64,000 nt of DNA from positions 1 to 64,000 of the forward strand of contig JBGAIN010000017.1 of assembly GCA_044225505.1 (NCBI GenBank), written 5' to 3'. Below, in pieces: positions 61,045 through 64,000 of the stretch. The notes beneath the pieces were generated by a model. That model worked only from the letters and a program-made list of their open reading frames with translations, was not told where the DNA came from and did no database searches. The DNA is from Limisphaerales bacterium (lineage in GTDB: Bacteria; Verrucomicrobiota; Verrucomicrobiia; Limisphaerales; SIBE01). The first letter of the stretch is position 1, and each line of letters begins with the position of its first letter. The position numbers and the translations under genes are program-made.

Positions 61045-62536
61045 CTTGTCTTTACCCACAACTGTCGCGGATGATTTGAGCGCCTTCGGTCATCTGCCGA
61101 AGGCGGTTCCAGCCGCGCCACAACGTCTGCCAGCCTGGCGGCCCGTCGCTCTTTCGGGCCAGGTAGCCTCCCATGCGAGCGATCCAAATCCAAAGGGTGT
61201 GTTTCGTCCAACCCCCCGGTGGTGCTCCAAAGCTCGCCTCCAAAATCGTGAGTGCCTCGGGTGCGATTTCCTCAGAGGACAATTTCTGCATTGGGCTTTT
61301 TGCGGCCTGCAGTTTTAGATCCAGCAGACGAACGGCCACCAAGCTCAAAATGGCTAGCAGTGACTCTATCCGCCGGCGTTCCTCCAGTTGGCTTTTTTCT
61401 ATTCCCGCCCCGCTCTTGAGGGCTTTATGGTATTCTTCGATCAACCACCGGCAGGCATACAATTGCACCACATATCGCGCCTGCGCAAAGCTCTCACACG
61501 GTAAGTTGGTTAGAAGGAACCACTCAATGGTTTGGCCCGGGGGTCCGTCCACTTCGCAAGCGTGCACCACGTTCAGTTCTCGGGGCGGCGGCTTGCCTCC
61601 GGGCCTATACGGCGGTCGCAAGGTCACTCGGCCCGAGCGCAAGATGATCTTGGCTTGGCGCGCTGGGATTCTGGGCCGAGCGCGGAGATTCAACGTGTAA
61701 CACCCTAAGGCAGGTTGTTGCCGCACGGTCGCAAAGAGGGGACCTTCGGCCTCCAGCAGCGCGCGGTCATAACAGGCTCGTACCACATAATCACATCCCG
61801 CTGCTTGGCAGCGCGCAAATAATTCGTAGATGTCGCTCTCTCGATCCGCCAGGTAGATCCGCTGATTGCCTGGAAGCCCTGGCGGTAACTCCGCCAGCAC
61901 TCGTCCCCAGCGTTCGGATTCGCGGGCACGCGAGAATTTCCTCTTCTTTGGTTCATAGCCGCAACGCACGCCTGAGCCCCGGGTAAATTCTTGCGTACGC
62001 ACCCAGCGGTGCTGACCAGCCAAGCCCAATAAGCCTACCCGGGGCCGCCCCTCTGAATCGCGCCCGTGAACTTTCAAGGCCAAGGTCGTATGCAAATTGA
62101 ATCCACGCCCGGTGTCATCCCCAATGCGGCCAACGCCTTTGAGACTGGGATGGGCGCTGTAATCCAGCAGGGTTGTATCTTCGATGAGCAAGTATTGGCC
62201 GGGACAAGCAGAGGCGGCTCGCACCTGTTTGAGATGCGGTTCTAGAGCCTTTTCCAAAGTTAAAGCTGGATTGTCTAATAGTCGGTAAGCGGCTTTGAGA
62301 TCCTTCCACTTGGGCAACGCCCCAGGCAAGGTGCCGGTGGGGCACGCCGCTAAAGCAGCTGCGACATTAACCAAGCGGCGAACTCGCCGGCAATCGCCCA
62401 AAGCAACCGAGCTAAATTGTTGTTCTGCCCACTGCGCGCAGGTCAGCAAAGAGTTTTGCATGACCAGCGAGTTTAGGCATCAGTACAAAAAGTACAAGAG
62501 ACAAAATGGCACACCTTATTTGTGGGTAGAAGACCG
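61045..62536 (-). mobile_element. IS4-family (IS50/Tn5-like) insertion sequence, about 1492 bp
   Basis: Imperfect 19-bp ends CTTGTCTTTACCCACAACT / CGGTCTTCTACCCACAAAT; target duplication TTAAAACG (8 bp, up to 10 bp depending on boundary). Confidence 0.92.
61052..62461 (-). CDS. IS4-family DDE transposase (Tn5-like)
   Basis: WAEQQF..LGDCRR, IEDTT, ADRESD, YACRWLIEEYHKALK (Y-R-E-K), GGYLARKSDGPPGWQTLWRG. Confidence 0.96.
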   Translation of the reverse strand: MQNSLLTCAQWAEQQFSSVALGDCRRVRRLVNVAAALAACPTGTLPGALPKWKDLKAAYRLLDNPALTLEKALEPHLKQVRAASACPGQYLLIEDTTLLDYSAHPSLKGVGRIGDDTGRGFNLHTTLALKVHGRDSEGRPRVGLLGLAGQHRWVRTQEFTRGSGVRCGYEPKKRKFSRARESERWGRVLAELPPGLPGNQRIYLADRESDIYELFARCQAAGCDYVVRACYDRALLEAEGPLFATVRQQPALGCYTLNLRARPRIPARQAKIILRSGRVTLRPPYRPGGKPPPRELNVVHACEVDGPPGQTIEWFLLTNLPCESFAQARYVVQLYACRWLIEEYHKALKSGAGIEKSQLEERRRIESLLAILSLVAVRLLDLKLQAAKSPMQKLSSEEIAPEALTILEASFGAPPGGWTKHTLWIWIARMGGYLARKSDGPPGWQTLWRGWNRLRQMTEGAQIIRDSCG

Positions 62537-63178
62537 TTAAAACGCCGAGCTATTCTCGAGGTGCCCCATCCGGCCTCGGAGAACAGTGCAGATGGCATTA
62601 GAGATAAATTACGCTCCAGTCATTTCTTTCCAAAGAGAGTAAGGTCAGCCTGAAAATTTCAGCCGCCCACTGGGTTTAGCGTGGCGACAGGAACATACGT
62701 CTCGTCACCCGGGTAATTCATGCCACATCGCCAGACGGTAAGCGCCGGTTTCGAAGCTTAAGTCGGTTACATTCGTGCCGTTCGTTCACTGGTCACGGCT
62801 TCTGGTGACTGGTTACAGCGTCGTGAAGCTGTAAGCAACCTGTTTCCGGGCCGTTAGTGCTGTCCATTACGGGCAAGCGGATCCAGGGCGAGGCTAACGC
62901 GTTTATCAATTGAGTGGACGGGTGTGCGACAAATCTCGGGTTACCTAGCCGTTTTCGGGGCAGATAGTTACGCTGCGTGGTGACGATATCTCAGTACCAA
63001 CCCCCCGGTTTTACAGAACTACCTTGCCGCAGATGAACGAGTTACGAACGCTTACACTCTGCGGCTAATCCTTCGGATACACCCGGCGCCCCGTGAAATG
63101 GAAAACCCGTTAATGGGCTGGCAGCGAGCGACCTGAATGAAAGCCTGATTCAATCCAGCCTTTTTCGTTCAGACCCCT

Positions 63179-63208
63179 ATGAGACCAGGATCGTGATCCT
63201 GGTCTCAT
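63179..63208. repeat. Perfect 14-bp inverted repeat
   Basis: ATGAGACCAGGATC-GT-GATCCTGGTCTCAT. Confidence 0.8.
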
Positions 63209-63610
63209 CCTGTTCTAAGGCTGTTCTAAAGCGGTCTTGAACGGAGAAGTAACTCCCGAAAAGGAGCGTGACCGCGCCCGTCGAATTGCAGCCGATGCTG
63301 GGATACGCATTACCCGCGGGATCGGCGATTCCTCTCGGCCCGTTGGTGAGGGGACGCCGTCCAGCCATCGGATCCGAGAGGAACGCACCCCAACGAGAGC
63401 CTGCGGAATTAGGGGCAGCACACTAGGTCAGGGAGTGAGATCGTCGCCCAGTCCCGTCGCCGCCAGCTCATGTCGTAACAACCATTATTTCCCTGTTCTC
63501 CACGAATTTCCTCGTGCCGAGGGTTGATCCGGGAGGATAATCGGGGTGTCGTTGGGCCAGGATTCGGGCCGTTGCTGGAGACCATGTCTGGAAGCATTAC
63601 TTTACGTTCC

Positions 63611-64000
63611 ATGACCTCACTGATGAAGACTTGGTGCCTCGGGTTAGCGTTCGTGATCTATGCCTCGGTTACGGCCGCCGCCGGAACCAATCTTGTCTTC
63701 AATGGCTCATTTGAATCTAACTTGCTCAGGTCCGATGCGCCCGATGGCTGGGCGGTGGCAGGTAACCTTGCCGTGAAGCAGCGGCTCGTCTGCGATGCAG
63801 GTCATGATGGCACATTCTGCGCGAAGCTCGAATGCACCGAGTTCACCGGCGATGGCCAGGACTACCACGCGATGCTCTGCCAGGCAGGCCGCCTCAGCGT
63901 CCGACGCGACCAGTGGTATCGGCTGGCGTTTTGGGCCAGAGGCCAAGGCATAAAGGGCGGCGCGGTGGAAGTGGCCCTGAGCGACACCAGCTCCTGGGAA
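63611..64000 (+). CDS. Secreted protein beginning with a CBM4/9-like carbohydrate-binding domain; truncated by window end (not in ORF track)
   Basis: MTSLMKTWCLGLAFVIYASVTAAAGTNLVFNGSFE..PDGW..WYRLAFWARG; open to 64000. Confidence 0.8.
   Translation, partial: MTSLMKTWCLGLAFVIYASVTAAAGTNLVFNGSFESNLLRSDAPDGWAVAGNLAVKQRLVCDAGHDGTFCAKLECTEFTGDGQDYHAMLCQAGRLSVRRDQWYRLAFWARGQGIKGGAVEVALSDTSSWE

Larger units (their letters stand above)
60797..62601. mobile_element. MITE-like element copy 2, interrupted by an IS4-family element
   Basis: CTAATGCCAT...ATGGCATTAG ends; matches the 43.4-kb copy on both sides of the IS. Confidence 0.85.

Overview
GC-rich bacterial chromosomal segment containing one assembly gap (N run at about 41745-41786). 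Gene content (DUF1552/DUF1592 pair, pilB-pilT-pilB-pilC, GuaB3, secreted proteins ending in a '...GPW...FYR' module, REP-like intergenic repeats) suggests Verrucomicrobiota, probably Pedosphaerales-like; this is inference. The core block (about 15.7-30.6 kb) holds rpe, the type IV pilus motor genes, mpl, guaB3, exbB/exbD/tonB-like, dUTPase, hpt, moaD and moaE. It is flanked by carbohydrate-related and accessory genes, several of them broken. The most notable locus is a BlaI-type repressor with two TACA-N2-TGTA operators heading a probable operon: a BlaR1/M56 zinc protease fused to a TPR/N-domain/secretin module whose 'VPxLxDIPxLGxLF' motif is out of its canonical order, a second stand-alone secretin-like protein, and a lipoprotein. 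An FHA-adenylate cyclase is transcribed divergently from the same short intergenic region. Also notable are a nested mobile structure (an IS50/Tn5-like IS inserted in a hairpin loop of a REP-carrying MITE with IS4-like ends; an uninterrupted copy lies at 43.4 kb), a C-terminal module shared by two unrelated secreted proteins, and an 8x11-bp palindromic array. No rRNA, tRNA or CRISPR array was recognised. All family calls come from motif recognition by eye, not database searches.
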